From NCBI GenBank assembly GCA_964106645.2, contig OZ067039.1: a stretch of 64,000 bases of DNA, one strand, 5' to 3'. Shown here in pieces: positions 50,277 through 64,000 of the stretch. Each line of letters begins with the position of its first letter. The stretch's first letter is position 1. The stretch is from Podarcis pityusensis. Lineage: Eukaryota. The notes under the pieces were generated by a model, which saw nothing but the letters and a program-made list of their open reading frames with translations, was not told where the DNA came from and did no database searches. The translations under genes were made by a program, and so were the position numbers.

Positions 50277-51170
50277 TTCCTGGTATTAGTTACTCAAGGC
50301 TTTGCAACAAAAAGCGGTAAAATATGCACGTGAAAAATCCCCAGGCAGAAAATGTAAAAGTGACAAATCGCTGATGAATAAACCACATGACAAAGTGTGC
50401 ACAGCATCATCTTTCTGCACCATTATGACTAGTGATCCCAATCCAAACACACTTAAGCTAAACCAACAGGTCCAGCTGTAACTAAATATAAAATTTAAAT
50501 GCTCTGCATTGCTCCGTGTGACAGTTTATTGTAAGATGCCTAGAGATGTGAAATTCAGAAGGTGTGGAATAATGAGGAATCTGTTTTGTTCTGAACACAC
50601 ATTTTTTTTATCCAGAGGCCCAACATAGAGAAAAACTAGGAACTGGGGGGAGGAGAGATGGACTGAGAAAAGCTCTTATGAAACATTTTCTTTTTCAGAA
50701 TGATGAATGAAATGCTTTTTAAAAGCAGTGATTTGCAGCAACACTGTTAAACAACCAATTCACATTGCTTCAGGTCTTGTGGCTAAAAGAGTCAAAGCTA
50801 GTAATGTTAGTGATTATAGCTGTTTTACTGTATTTGACTAGATTATTAAAGAGGCAGTGCTCCTAAGATGCGATGTTGGAAATAAGTGCTGAAGAATACT
50901 AACATTTTCAGGCATTTGCCACAGGTGTGAAATCTGGCTGTCTACCAAAGACATTGTTCCTGCAAAATGGTGACACAGCCTTTATATAACACAGCCTTCT
51001 ATTTCTCCAGCATCTCACTTTCCTCAGATTCTTCTACCTGCTGCATCATTGAATGAAACTGAAGATTGTTCGCACACACGCATACAAAATCAAGGAACAG
51101 ATATGTAAAAAAAATTTTTTGGAAAAAAAACCTATTTCTTTTCTTTGGTATATGGGTTTATCACCGAAAG

Positions 51171-52010
51171 CTTCTTCTTCTTTTTCAAACTTTTATTTAT
51201 GAAATTTTAACAGCTTTTATGCACACATCGTACAGTATCCATCACTTATCTCTTTTCCTAAGACTTCCCAATCCATCTCTCTGTGGTATTCTAGGGAAAT
51301 CTTGATCTGCTGCATATCCTGATATTTCACCCATTACCACTTCAAGTCTTCCTCTTTAGATGCTATCTACTGCTCATATGTTAACTCCTACTTGTAGATT
51401 AAATTGTATATTGTATCCTCTAAAATAATCTCCAAAACACTTCCACTCTTCTCTTGTCTTTAAATCATCCTTAGTTTTGCGGTCATGGTTACTAATTCTT
51501 TGTATTCTATCAATTTCTTCTACCAAATTTCCTTTGTGGTTATTTCTTCCTCTTTCCACTTTTTGGCATATACTATTCTAGCTGCAGCAGTTGCGTACAG
51601 AAAAATATTGAGTGCCTTTTTTGGAATGTCATTACCTATTATCCCTAACAGAAAGGCCTCTGGTCTTTCGGGAAATGTGGGTTTTAGAATATTTTTTAAA
51701 TTCTGTGTGGATCATTTCCCAATACTCTCTAGCATATTTACATGACCACCACATATGGATCAGGGTTCCCTCCACCTCGTGGCACTTGGGCATAAATTAG
51801 ATCCTTTTTTATACATTTTCACTAATTTGCTGGGTGTCAAGTACCAACAGTACACCATCTTTTGTAGGTTTTCCTTAATAAGATAACAGGCAGAGAAATT
51901 TATGGTTTCCCCCCATAATTTTTCTAATACGGACAATTCTATGTTGTAACCAATATCTATGACCCATTTTGCCATTGTCGCCTTTACCATCTCATCTATT
52001 TCTATTTCTG
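51171..52010 (-). mobile_element. L1/Tx1-clade LINE 3' fragment
   Basis: Peptides KENLQKMVYCWYLTPSKLVKMYK and HMWWSC, plus EEWKCFGDY, match the L1 ORF2 C-terminal region. Tail at about 51171-51200. Confidence 0.8.
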
Positions 52011-52902
52011 CAAACTATCAATAAAGCTTTTTCTTTTTCAGAAAAAAAAATTGAGGATCATTCACTCAACTTGAGTTATGCTAGAATGTTCAAAAATTTA
52101 TTATTTACTGGGACAGCACAGGATAGAAAATTAATGAATAAATAAGGATGGTTAATTTCCCCCCACTATGACAATTACTGTGTACAATGATGAAATATGA
52201 CCAAGTTCTTCAATAATATTATAAAGTCTGATTATCCAAATGTGTTGCTGATGCATTAATTATATTAAAGATTTATTCTCTGAGCTCTGTCCCTAAAAAT
52301 TGAATTTCTTCTGTTTCTGCACGATAAATCCAAAGTCTACATACTGTTTCTAAGCCCAGATAATAAAGCTTTCATTTTGCTTACTACAGTGTCAATGGTT
52401 TCTATTTTCCCAATTAATTCTGACACTAGTTCCCCAACTCTCAAAAAATTAAAATATACTTAGGTACCTTAGCTGCAGCAACTAGAAGCTTGTCTCTCTG
52501 GACATATTTGTAATTAATGTTTAAATATACTTTTACATTTTATTTAGCGTATTTCATGCTCTTAAAGAAGTGCAGTTTAGGTGCAATGAGAGCCACTAGG
52601 TTTCACATGAAGAGTGAGGAGCCACGACCCAAGTTACAAAATGTCCAAGGGAGCAACTACAGAGGCTTCCATAGGAAGTGGTACTCAAATTAATGGTTTG
52701 CACTCTCTAAGGAGCCTTCCTCGCCAATTCTATTCCATGCTATGCTCACCTCACCTCACCACAGTTCCACAACTCAGAGAGGCCTAGTCAAGACCACAGA
52801 TCAGGGGTGGCACATCCTGGTTCGCCACTTGAGGTGAAAGAGGAAGTACTGCCTTGCCCTGCTGCTGCAGCGATGGCCGCCACCAGCACCGCAACACCTG
52901 AT

Positions 52903-53425
52903 CAGGGCCGTCTTACCCATAGGCGCTAAGGGTGTGGGGCACCCGCTCGGCGGGCTCTCAGGGGAGCCAGACCGAGAGTCCGGGGCCTGAAAGTTGAGTC
53001 CGGGGAAGAGCCTGTCTGTCAGTCGGAGCACCACGGTGGGCTCTTCTGTGCGGGGGGCTCTGAGCCGCGAGTTCGGGGGCAACCGAGCCAGCGAGACACT
53101 GAGGCGGCTGGCCGGCTCTGTCCTCCTGCGCGCCTGGGACTGGGCAACCTGGGGGGAGGGCGCGCATGGCAGATCTTTGCACCCCAGTGCTGCATATACT
53201 TAAGACAGATCTGCACCTGATCCTGCTGCCTGCACCACCCACCCTTCCGCCTCCACTGTTGGCAGAGAAGGAACGCCGGTCTCAGGAGATATCTCAGCAA
53301 TTTCGGGTGAGATCTCTGGTGAAATCGCCAAGAACTCACCCAACAGCAGAGCCAGTGGTGGCGTGTACAGGCAGGGCACCCCCAGGGCTGCAGCCTCAGC
53401 CCACCTAATGGCTGCACTGGCCCTG
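52903..53425. mobile_element. GC/CpG-rich non-autonomous DNA transposon (family uncertain)
   Basis: CAGGGCC...GGCCCTG termini, sharp GC rise against the flanks, internal palindrome around gagatctc at about 53281-53337. Confidence 0.5.
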
Positions 53426-56400
53426 CCCGGGATGACACCTCCCCCCTCCCCCAGGCTGCTCTCAACTCCCATGTTTGGCAACTGTCCTTTTGGAATGGGA
53501 CCTAACAATTCCTCTCCTCTCTAATGATTAACACCTCTGCCTCCTTCCCCCAAAGTGGGTTCATAGGCATAATCTGAACTTGCTCCTATAAGACAGACCA
53601 GGGATGGGGAATCTGCAGCCAAACAACATCTGGAGGGCCACAAGCTCCCCGTTCCTGCTTTACACAATCCAAAATGTCTTGCTTGATAAAGAGACTTTGG
53701 ATTTTGTTTTGCTATTGAAAACATACTGTTTTGAAAGGTTTGTTTTATAAATAAATAAATATATCATGGTCCTGCCAGAATTCTAGCAACAGGCTGTATA
53801 TGTCTTTGGAAAGACTGAAGTATGCCAACATTGTGCAGGGGGGGGGGGGAAATGTTATGCCAACTTGACTTTCAGGTATTGTCCTGCTGACCTATAATAT
53901 GATATGAGTCAATTAAAAACTTCATAAACAACTAGACATCTCCAATAAAATATACCAAGTTTGCAGTAGGAGCTTCACAAATGGTTCCACAGAAGCAGCG
54001 CAATATGTCCATCAGCTGTGGACTAGTGTCATGTTTCCAATATTTGTGAAAATCATGTTAACTGAATTTCATTAAAGTACAAATGAATCACGGCCATTCT
54101 GCTTTTAAGTTTCTGTGTTTTAGTTGTCAGTGCTAAATATTTACACATGCTTATCCTTTACAGTCAATATTAAAAAAAATCAACAAGCAATGATGCAAAA
54201 TCCAGATTTTGGGGAGGGAGGCATATTAATCTGATATGACTGATTTTAATAAAACTACTGATTTTGTATTTAGAAATATTTAACAAAAGCAAATCTGTTT
54301 CTTTGTGCAAGTTGCAGGCAGCGAAATTGTTGCAGAAAATCATCCTCTCCTGCCACAAAAAAAAAAAACCAACACCCACAGCCTTATATTTTCATGCTTT
54401 CAGAAAGGAAATCATACAGCTGATCCATCCTTAATTCTTACACATGAAAAGATGAAAGGAACTGGCATCCCTGACTTGCTGTTATGTAACATAAGAATCC
54501 TTGCCAACCCTGCAGTGTTACACTGCCATATACTGGCAGTAACTAAAATAACAAGGCAGTCCACAATTACAGTTCTCAGAATAGAAGAAGTCAATCAGTT
54601 TGCTTTTCCAGAAAAAAAAGCCTTATAGACAATTGGCACAAATACAGGTTGCTGGTGGCTGGTTTTGTTTTTTCCCTCTCCCCAAAGTCAATACATGTTA
54701 TACTAATAGCTCTATTCAACTGATTTGGCAAGCCTGTGAATTATTTCAGATGCTACTTAACTCCTAGGGAACTTGGGCACAGGGCAGTATCAAAGCACAT
54801 GAAATGAGTAAATTACGAGAAAATAAATATGTAAGATGGAACGGAAAACAACCGATACAGTGGATTCCAGAAGATGCACCTCTATGGGAGGCTAAGCAGC
54901 TCCTAAGCAAGAGATAATAAGGGTGTTCAGACACACAACACTATGAACTAACTGGGAAAGGGGAAGAGAGGAGCTGCGCCAGCCAGCCTGGTGGCTGCAC
55001 ATTTGGCTTCAGTAAGAACAGGCACTTTTCAAATATGGCTGCTCTACCTGAAGGGGGATTCTGATTGGCCAAGGAAGAGTCCTACTCATATGGGACCTGT
55101 TGACATTGAGGCCAAAAGCAGAGTGGCTGAAGGGACATGGCTGGTCAGTGTGAAAAGCTAGCATGATTCTGCTTCCTCCTCTAATGTTGGCTAAGTTGGG
55201 GGTGGGGTTGTATGTATCCCCTGTCTAAGGGACCACAGCTTTTTGCATTTAGGTGTCATTTGTCCCTGTCTTGTCTACATATCACTGGAGTTCACGGCTG
55301 TGATGGCAAGAAAAGCTACAGCAGGAAGACAAGCCCAAGAATGACAGAGCCTGCTCACATACTGCTTATCGTCACCGTGGAACCCTTTAACCCAGCTCTC
55401 TCCTCCATATTTCTACTCCCACTCCCTTCTGGCTCTGGGCTTCCCAACAACCTCCTCCCTCAACAGATCACGCCGCCTATCCATCTCTGGAGGGCCTAAG
55501 ATTCTTCTTCCTACATACATCTGTCTCTTTCATAATGTCTGACCTATCTCCCTCTCAGGGGCTCTCTGTCAAATGAGAATGGTCTTTGAGTCGCTCTGTA
55601 ATACCTTCTCATCACAAGGCTGTCGTCCATGTATGCCATCTCCAGGATATCATCATCATAGTCTTATCCACTCAAAAGCTTTTGAAAGCACAGGGTTGCA
55701 GGGGTCTCACAGCAGTCTCAGTGCTTTTGTAGCACTAGGTACTAGAAACGTACCTCTATAACAGAGGTGTTTCCTCAGATAGCCTTGTTCCAGAGGGATG
55801 GCAAAGGGTTTTTCTCTCCCTTGTTGTTGGTGCTATGTGTTTGAGTACAGAAGAAAAGCAAGTATGTAGGGCAAGTTCCAAAACTGCCATGGTTTACCAT
55901 GAACAAACTGGTTGTGCCTATTTTGCTCCTTTCTGCTAGCATGGGGCGGAAACGAACTGCAATCCTTGGCTTAGCATTACATTCAAACTGGGGATTGTGG
56001 CTTGTTTTCTTCCAACAAACAAACAAACCAGGATCGTTAGGTCAAGAATAATTCCTGCCTCCAGATCATGGTTTATTTGGAGCAAAACAAACCATTATTC
56101 CCAGTTCAGACTCAACACTAAGCCATAGATTGTGGCTTTTTCCCCATCCCTCTTCCATGTTACATGAGGGTATGACTGTTGTAAGGAAGGAAAACTGTAA
56201 ACTGTGGTTTACCATAATGTGCGAATAGCCAACAACCTGCAGAAATGTTCCACTGCTTTATACACTAAAATTGTAGCAGTTACATTGCAATGTTAGACCA
56301 ATGTTAGGTAAGATTTTTCTTTATTCAGATACAGGTTTATAAAGCTGCATTTGGGATGATGGGCTCTGCACCGCACCATCACCCTGCCTGGGAAACATAT

Positions 56401-57849
56401 AAGGAGCTGCTGTTTGTTGGTGACAATCAAGGGTGAAGATTTCCACTATACCTGCCCACTTCTCTACCAGGTAAATTGGGGGTGAGGGTTCTTTCTGGAA
56501 TATTTGTGGGACTGATGTTTGCTTTTAGGTCCAGGGAAAGTTGCATTATTTGTGTGTAAGGTATTTAGCTGTAAACGTTATTGCTTGTTTAAATTTGTTG
56601 TAAGTTGTATTTTATTGTATCATTTAAATTTTGCATGTATTCTTTGTAAGGCATGTCTGGGTCTTTTTATTTCTTTCTTTCTTTTTGGCCAAAATCTAAC
56701 AAAGAAATAAACCTGTAATACAATATCATACCTGTTAATTAGTTCTGGTTTCTAGCCGAAAAGGCATATGAGAAAGACCATGTAGCTGAAACGGGTGAAA
56801 AAACTGGCATCCCATTGAGACAAACAATTTGGGCAGAACAACTTAGCTGTTAAATCTGAGCTAGTCAATTCCTCTGTCAGTTTTATCACAGGCAGGAGCC
56901 GAGTTATGGACTGCGCTTGGCAGTATTCATGAGTATGCACATATTTTAGCATTTCATAAACTATTTATTTAACAAAGTGTGTTATTACTGGAATGCTATC
57001 ATCATTATTTATTATGTATATCTGCTCCCCCCAACCCCACTTTACTTTACAGTCCTAGCCAAAAGCCACAATGATCAGCACAAAAATACGATTACAACGT
57101 ACAGTATATATGGGATAAAAGTTCCAAAATAATAATAATTTGAAGAAACAGTTCACAGTGATAAAAAATGAAAATTTATGACATCCAATTTGGACCACAG
57201 CATTTTTGCATAAATCAATTGGGGAAAATACAAATATTAATATAAATATTACTAAAAGCATATGCCATTATATACATGGTGCTTTGCAGAGAATTGGACA
57301 AAAAGAAAAGGAGTGCATTCTGTATGCCAAATCTGACAAACACAATGGGTTTGTTCCCTCATGCTGTTATAGAGTTGTGCTGTTGAACTGCACCTTTTGT
57401 TTTTTATAAAGTTCAGATGGCCTGCTTAATTTATATACTGCAGCTAAGCCCTGAAGGCTATATTACAGAAGAGGCTGCAATCTGGCTGTAGGTTTTTGCT
57501 ATGACAAGCATTTTTATTTATTAAAAATTTACATCGTGTCTACTGGTCTGCTAACATGTTCCATGCTGCAGAAGTAAATAAACCAAACCACATAAAGTAA
57601 ACAGAGGAACACAACAGGAAACTGATAATTAATTAGATCCAGCAGCAGGAAACAACCAATGAAACACAAACACAAAAATACCAAAGTTAAGAGTCCTAAA
57701 GGGCTTTCTAAAAAAGCACCGCATTAGAAGTCTAGTCTCTAATGATGTATATAGAGGAGGTATGGCAAGCCAGGTGGAAGTTCCTTATTCTTGGTTCCAT
57801 TGTCAGGATGGTTGAATACTGGATAGCCCTCTGCTTTAATGCCAATAGC

Positions 57850-58300
57850 CAATGGACTTGGAACAGGGCATCTGAGAAGGCACTTAAAAGCACAGTACAG
57901 GTAGGTTGGTTATGGACCAAGCTACACCCAGGCCACAAAGGTCTTTAAAAGATCAATGTCAGCACTTGGACATGGACCTGCAAACCAACCAAGAGCCAGT
58001 GAGGTTGCTATGAAATAGGCCCCATTATATTCACTCAGGAACACCTGAGTCAACAATCTGGCAATCACATTCTATACCACTTGTAGTTTCTGAGAAAAAC
58101 TTCAAAGGCAGTCCCACAGAGCTTTATGATAATCTAGCCTGATTGAGGTATGAATGACCATGGCTAGGACATTCCTTATCCAGGTAGGAGCATGGCTTTT
58201 AAAAAACAAACTGAAACAGGCAAGAAGTATTCTTGGCCACCGTTGCCAACTGGGCATCCAGGAGCGAGTACACCAACATTGCAAATCTGAGTCTTCTTTT
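57850..58300 (-). mobile_element. Degenerate L2-clade LINE fragment
   Basis: Residual peptides VIHTSIRLDYHKAL and WLLVGLQVH-like, same region of ORF2 as the 26.6-27.4 kb copy. Confidence 0.6.
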
Positions 58301-59301
58301 AACAATCAGCACAGTATTATTCCTAACAAAGGAACTCTACTTGCAGGCCTATATCCTAAATAATTTGAAGTCATATGAAAAGCGATGAAGGCTTATATTG
58401 GCCTGTATTGGGAAATTTTCAGCATTACAGCATAGAGAGATGCTTTGAAAACACATCTAATAAGGGCAGTAAGAACAGCAACAGCAACAAATCACAAGAG
58501 GCGTTTTATGAATAATGATTTTTAATATGGGAAGACAGAGTCTGCAAAGGCACAAAGCCTTTACCTTTCAGAAATCAGCATTATTCCTGTGGCCTAGGGC
58601 GAACGGAGGGCAAAGCAGCATGGCTACTAGCTGGAATAAAGCGTGCAAAAGTATCAGAGGTCTCCTCTCTCTTCCCTAGGAGGTGGTACAGCGACTCAAT
58701 AAAATAACACATTATTGACAGCAGCAGCAACAGAAACAATTTGTACTCAAGCCCACATCCCTCATAGCTGAGAGAGCTTGCAAGGAAAGAAGAACTTAGG
58801 CCCATTGTTATATATAGCCAAACGCCTCTTTCTGAAGGAGGGCAGTCTGCCAGCTCCACTTAAAGAAGCATGGATACGCCCTGTACCAAAGAGATCATCA
58901 CCAGACTGTCACTCTCTCCCCTCTTCAAACCTTCTGCTTTTAGTTAAGATGTAAAGATTGTGGCAGGGCAACACTCTCAGCATCTTATGAGATCATGGGT
59001 TCTCATGAACCCACCGGGACATTGTAAGTTAGTCACCAGCACGAAAACACAGTGAGAGAACAGACAAAACCTCATAATCTGATCCACCAGAAGTCAAGAA
59101 GAACAGAACTAGAGGAGAGCTCCACCTCCTGACAACCACATATCTTCCCCATGGGGCTCCTACCCTTAAATTGAAAGCTCCTATTTGAGAGAGAGGAGCA
59201 ATGTGCATGATATGTTAGGTCTTTAGCAGTACAATTCAAAACACGTATATTCGGAAATAAGCTCCATTGAATTCAATGGGCTTACTACCAGGTAAGTAGC
59301 T

Positions 59302-59371
59302 CCGCAGGGGGTTGGACTAGATGACCCGGGGGTACCTTCTAACTCTACAATTCTATGATTCCATTATTCTA
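59302..59371 (+). mobile_element. CR1-type 3' tail fragment (LINE or CR1-tailed SINE)
   Basis: gcagggggttggactagatgacc...ttctaactctacaattctatgattcca. Confidence 0.7.
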
Positions 59372-60582
59372 AAGGGGTTAGGATTGCAGCTCTACTTAAG
59401 TGTCCATGAGCCCTATTTCTGAAATGTCCTCCCTCTGATATACATTTTGTGCTAACACTCCCCCCCCCTCATTTCAGAACCAATTACAAACTTATTTGCT
59501 CATCCAGGCATCCATAGGATATTAGATTTAAATCAGTCATTTTTAATGCTAGAAGTGCGACGCCCACTCTGTGTGAACCTCTAAAGATTGGTGGTTTTAA
59601 TTACTGTATTTCTCCTGCCCTTTATTTGTTTTATTGGATGCAGTTTTGTTTAAATTCTTCTAATGGAATATTTGTTTGCATTGTATCCTGTCCTGAGATT
59701 GGCTGATGAAGGGTGGGTTAGAAACAGATTCAATAAATGCTCAGTAAGTTTACTAGCCAAGAAAACTAATTGAATAAGAGAGTCTGCATTAGTACGGAGA
59801 ATGGAAACCTGTTATTGGTATAAACATCCCAGATTGATTTTTTTCACAAGCTCTTGCCGCTTGTCTTCTTATACAATATTACTCGGCCAACATCATCATA
59901 AGGTGGAAAACGCTTCGACCAGTGCTGGCAGCTTTTCATTATTCAAGAATGGGGCTTTGGATCTGAATCATCTGGGCACTAAACTGGAACTTCGAAGGCC
60001 ACTGACATGGCAAGGAGGAGGATTGTCCAGTAAGCTTCCTTGTTCTCTAGCTAGCTTGTGCCCAAACTTCACAGAGGTTGCTCAGAACTATTAGAATCTC
60101 ATAACCTATGGATGCATGTTCCTGGTCTACTTTATTCAATCCTACAGCACTGAACGTTTTCTAGTAAGGCATTTCCAAAAGTGTTTGAAGACCTAGTGGT
60201 TCCAATTTCCTACCCAACGTTTCCCCCCGCCCCCCTGTTTCCTAATGTGCTTATGAATTTAAACCCACAATGCCTGTCTATGGATGTATCCAAACTAGGG
60301 CATTAATGAGTATGGAGGTTGCTGCCTCCATGTGTGCACCTCTGCACCTTTGCCCACATGTTAGTGCTTTCAGTTTTATGCCTGTGACTTCTATCTCAAA
60401 GTTTCCCCGTCCACACTGATGGGTGGTGATGTAGGAGATGCATTCACGCAGTGTGTTGCTGTCTCCTTCCGTCAATTAATACTTCCTGAACAAGGTCCAT
60501 TGTAGACATGTGTGCAGGCATGTCTTTTCCTGTACACACACTTTAAAAAAAATGCAATATACCAAAGAACAGAAGTCAATAA

Positions 60583-60583
<1 letters not shown>

Positions 60584-60618
<35 letters not shown>
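60584..60618. repeat. (AAAT)n microsatellite
   Basis: Direct reading. Confidence 0.97.
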
Positions 60619-61785
60619 GTGTTTCACTCCAAGCCAGGCAAGGATTTCAAGGAACCGGTATGAAAGGCTCCTGCTTCCGTCTACTCCCCCTTTCCTTTCC
60701 CTTCTCCTATACCTGTAACAGGCAAATTTATTTTATTTTATTTCTAATACAGCTGTTTTGTGCAAGAGCCATCCTGAGCAAAACAAAAAGATGTAGCCTT
60801 TCTTTGTTACAAACAAAGAGAAGCTACATATTTTCCTTCAGGAAACAAAATGGAATTAAGTGTTGCAGCATTGGATGGCACCCAGTGAAACACCAACACA
60901 GGGTAAGACAAACAAACAGCTTGACTGCACCCACAGCCAGGTAACATGCAATTTTCTTCTCTTACTGGGGTTATCCACAAATTGCGCAAATTGGAAAATC
61001 TGAATTTAATAGGGGGAAAGTGCAGGCTGCCATTTGGATGAGGACATTGGAAGGATGCTGCTGAGAGAATGGGAGAGCGAGCAGCAGCTTCAAACCCATA
61101 ATAAACTCCTGTGTGGATGAGCCCTACATGCCTAACCCATTCTGTTCTTCTTTGGTTTTATATATGAGAAATCAAGGTAGCCTAGAGGGTTAAAGGGAAT
61201 CTTACCTGGATTGGTGGCAAACAATAACTCTTCTTTGTTTTAATTAACTGGCAGTCTGAGGATTTAAGCTCAAGGCTGGGGGACGGGGGAATCGTCCCCA
61301 TATTTGAAACTAGGCAGCAGGCTAGATTTTCATCTCCCTCTCTGTGTGATCACAGTACTGGTTTAGTCAGAGTAGATATGGCAAGAGCCACCACTAGACT
61401 TTGATCAAAGGTACTCACCTCTGACAGCTAAAGTAACATTCCTGAACTCCTTGGAAAGGAATGCTATGTCAGTAATTACACTGAAGCTACCCTTGTTTTA
61501 AAAAGTTGTTTTTAAAGAAGTTGCTTTTACAAGAAAACCACAGGAAAGCATAATTTGAAGAACCCCACCAGGAGCTCCTAACTCAGAACTAAAAACCCAA
61601 TCACTTCCTTGGAAACTCTTCCAAAAAGGGGGGGGGGGGGTTAGAATAGATCAAAGGAGGTCTTTCTTCTCCAAGTGCACTACTATGAAAACTGCAGTGT
61701 GAGAGAGAGCTCTGGAGAAACATTACCGATCTGTACCTGCTTTATACATGCTTGTCTTGATGGCATTTTGAGTTCAAATGCATCA

Positions 61786-62083
61786 GTAGAAGTTGAGCTT
61801 AACAATGAATCCTTGCTTGGCGGAGCTTTACCCCTGGACGCAATCACAACGAGCCTCTGAGTTTAGATACATAAGTAAGCTAAGTTTATTAAAGAAAATA
61901 CATGATCCGAGCTAACTAGCTTGCTCTTTCATCTCTGCAGAAGAGACAGACCAAAAATGTCTCCTCTCCCAAGATAAAAGAGGAGGAGGAGAAGGAGAGG
62001 AAGAAGGAAGTGAGGTCAGCAACCCTGAGAGTATCATGCTAGCACCTGAGGGATGGTCAGCCCAGGTTAAAGGACACTCTAGG
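61786..62083 (-). mobile_element. Probable solo LTR
   Basis: About 300-bp unit with minus-strand AATAAA near 61885-61890 and LTR-like layout. Terminal TG...CA and TSD are not clean. Confidence 0.4.
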
Positions 62084-63165
62084 AATGGATGGTTCCTCTC
62101 CAGGGCTGGCCCACACAAGAGGTGGGGTGAAGCAGCTGCATCAGGCAGTGGAAGCCCCCGAGGCAGCACACCACTGGTGCCCCACCAGCATCAGTGCTGA
62201 TTTTCTGCAAATCTTGCTGGAAATTGGTGCCACTTTTCTGCCAGCAACACTGGTGTGTGGTGCTGTGGCAGAGGGGCAGGGAGAGCAGGGAGGCACTTCT
62301 CATTTTGCCTCAAGCAGTGAAAGGGGACATGCTGCCCCCATCCTTCTTTCTTATCTACTTTCTCCCATGCAAACCTCCAGTCTTCAAGTATAAGCTGAGT
62401 TGCATCCCACCATATACACACTCGGAGGAGATTTGCATTAAGTGCATGTTGAGCTCAGTTCTCAATAGGTCACAGTGGATTTCCACACATGTGGCTTAAC
62501 TAGGCTTCCAGAGCCCCCCAGTGTGAAGATATGCCAGCGAAATGTCAAACCAGTTAACATTTATCTATGCTACAAAGCTATAGATATTAAGGCACCATCA
62601 TTTTATTACCATTCTCTGCTGAAAACACTGTGCACACCAGAATAGTTTCTTGGTACTCAACTAAAAGGCAGCATAAAAGCAGCAGTAATTATTATTTCAT
62701 ACCTCCAAAGAAAGATATAAGGCAGAACTATTCTGTGTGTGAAAGTATTTCAGCTTGCCAGGGGCTCTGCTGAACCTGCCCCCAACCAATTTCATGGATC
62801 ATGGGAGTAATCTTTTGCACAAGGGATCATGGGAGAGCTCTTTTGCACAAGTTCGTTAGGGATCCCAACCTTTGTCTTAGTTATAATCACAAGTTCACAG
62901 TTGGAAAATCTTGATATTGACCACAAGATGCAAACAGTAAATATGTATTGAGTTTGCCCAGTGAGATGAGATGGATAAGTTGCCGCACTTTTATCAGTTT
63001 GGCCTCCTATCAACTGACAGAAACATACGCTCTCCCATAACAAGGAGACCAGGCAGATGTTCGTTCACGCACCACCCACTGACTTATTTTATTCATGACT
63101 TGTAAAGGCATCTTAAGTTTGAACAAATCTAAAGCTAGTTCACAGAATTATTTTTTATTGCTATA

Positions 63166-63220
63166 CAGTGGAACCTCGATCATTCGACTTCTGAAGCGTT
63201 CAACAACCAAGGTTCCACTG
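63166..63220. mobile_element. Ultra-short (55 bp) Tigger-like TIR-only element
   Basis: TA|CAGTGGAACCT ... AGGTTCCACTG|TG. 11-bp perfect TIRs and a TA/TG target site. Confidence 0.65.
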
Positions 63221-64000
63221 TGCCAGTAGACCTGAGTTTAACCAGGTACACAGAGAAACTAAAATGTGCACGGATCACCACTATAATCAGCAACAATTCT
63301 TAGAATTTCAGCAGCAATTTTTTTCTGTCACCACAAACACGGGAACTGCCACTGATAATATCTGTAAACCATCGCCCACACTTCACATTTCTCCATGCAA
63401 ACACACGTGCTCATGGAAAGCTATGCCTTGTTTCACTTGGAGCAGAAATAAATTGCATAAAGCAGCCCTCAGCCATAAAGAAGAAAAATCAAGTCTTTCC
63501 GTGACACCTACCTAAACTCTAGGCCTCATTAACATTCTGTGGCATTAAAGATTTGTAATTATACCGCCCACCAAGTGGAAGCAGTATTTTCTAGTATCAT
63601 ATTTGAAAACATATGTGAGTTTGTCTTGTGCAAGAAATAAAGTGTGCATTCTTTTCTCCTTAGACTACTAATTAGAGAAGGCTCACTTGCTTTCTTTTCA
63701 AGAGAAATAATTGCTGTCTCTTTTGCCCCATCCCAAGATGTGGCCTGTTTTTATTTTATCAGATCATCACAATGAGACCACATGAGTAGATGACAAGTCT
63801 ACTGCTAAGAACTACTGCATGGTTTATAGAATGCCAGGCCAACAGCCATGTTAGCCATCTGAAACTCGTCACATAGCTGTAAAATCTAGAGAAGACATAT
63901 TATACTAGAAATGAAGGAAGTTTATGAAGAATATTTGTGTTGTCTGGTGGCGTAAACTCGCCATAAAAGTGCATTAATCAGCTAAGGCTTCTCCACACTT

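Noticed and set aside
45634-64000. GAS7 SH3 exon and main WW exon (KPGMVPPPPGEE...LPPGWQSYLSPQGRRYYVN)
   Set aside because: A manual scan for the expected codon patterns found nothing. These exons probably lie beyond the right edge of the window.

Overview
This is eukaryotic DNA from a squamate reptile. A lacertid lizard is most likely, judging from the Squam3-, Sauria- and POMSINE-like SINEs. The window is dominated by one minus-strand gene, GAS7 (growth arrest-specific 7, an F-BAR protein). I traced 12 coding exons by hand (45633 down to the TAG at 14144-14146). All have GT-AG boundaries and consistent phases. The SH3 exon and the main WW exon were not found and probably lie beyond 64000. 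An internal start at 36988 (MSDVECSFDDASCLSPQ...) gives a complete 336-aa short isoform encoded entirely inside the window. The 3' UTR may extend about 9.5 kb to a poly(A) signal cluster near 4580-4600. The rest is intronic or intergenic DNA with SINEs, L1/L2/CR1 fragments, DNA-transposon MITEs, probable solo LTRs and microsatellites. Almost all ORFs in the six-frame track are spurious. The most unusual signals are three. (1) A Penelope-like retroelement fragment carries an intact minimal hammerhead-ribozyme fold at 37928-37965. (2) A sister insertion forms a perfect 57-bp hairpin whose inversion junction lies at the predicted ribozyme cleavage site; it could alternatively pair across GAS7 exon 5 with the first copy. 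(3) A Tc2/pogo-like MITE has an interior that is a tandem array of CpG-rich double hairpins. No prokaryote-type system (CRISPR, operon) is present. Exon numbers follow the human gene from memory; repeat family names are from recognition, not a database search.
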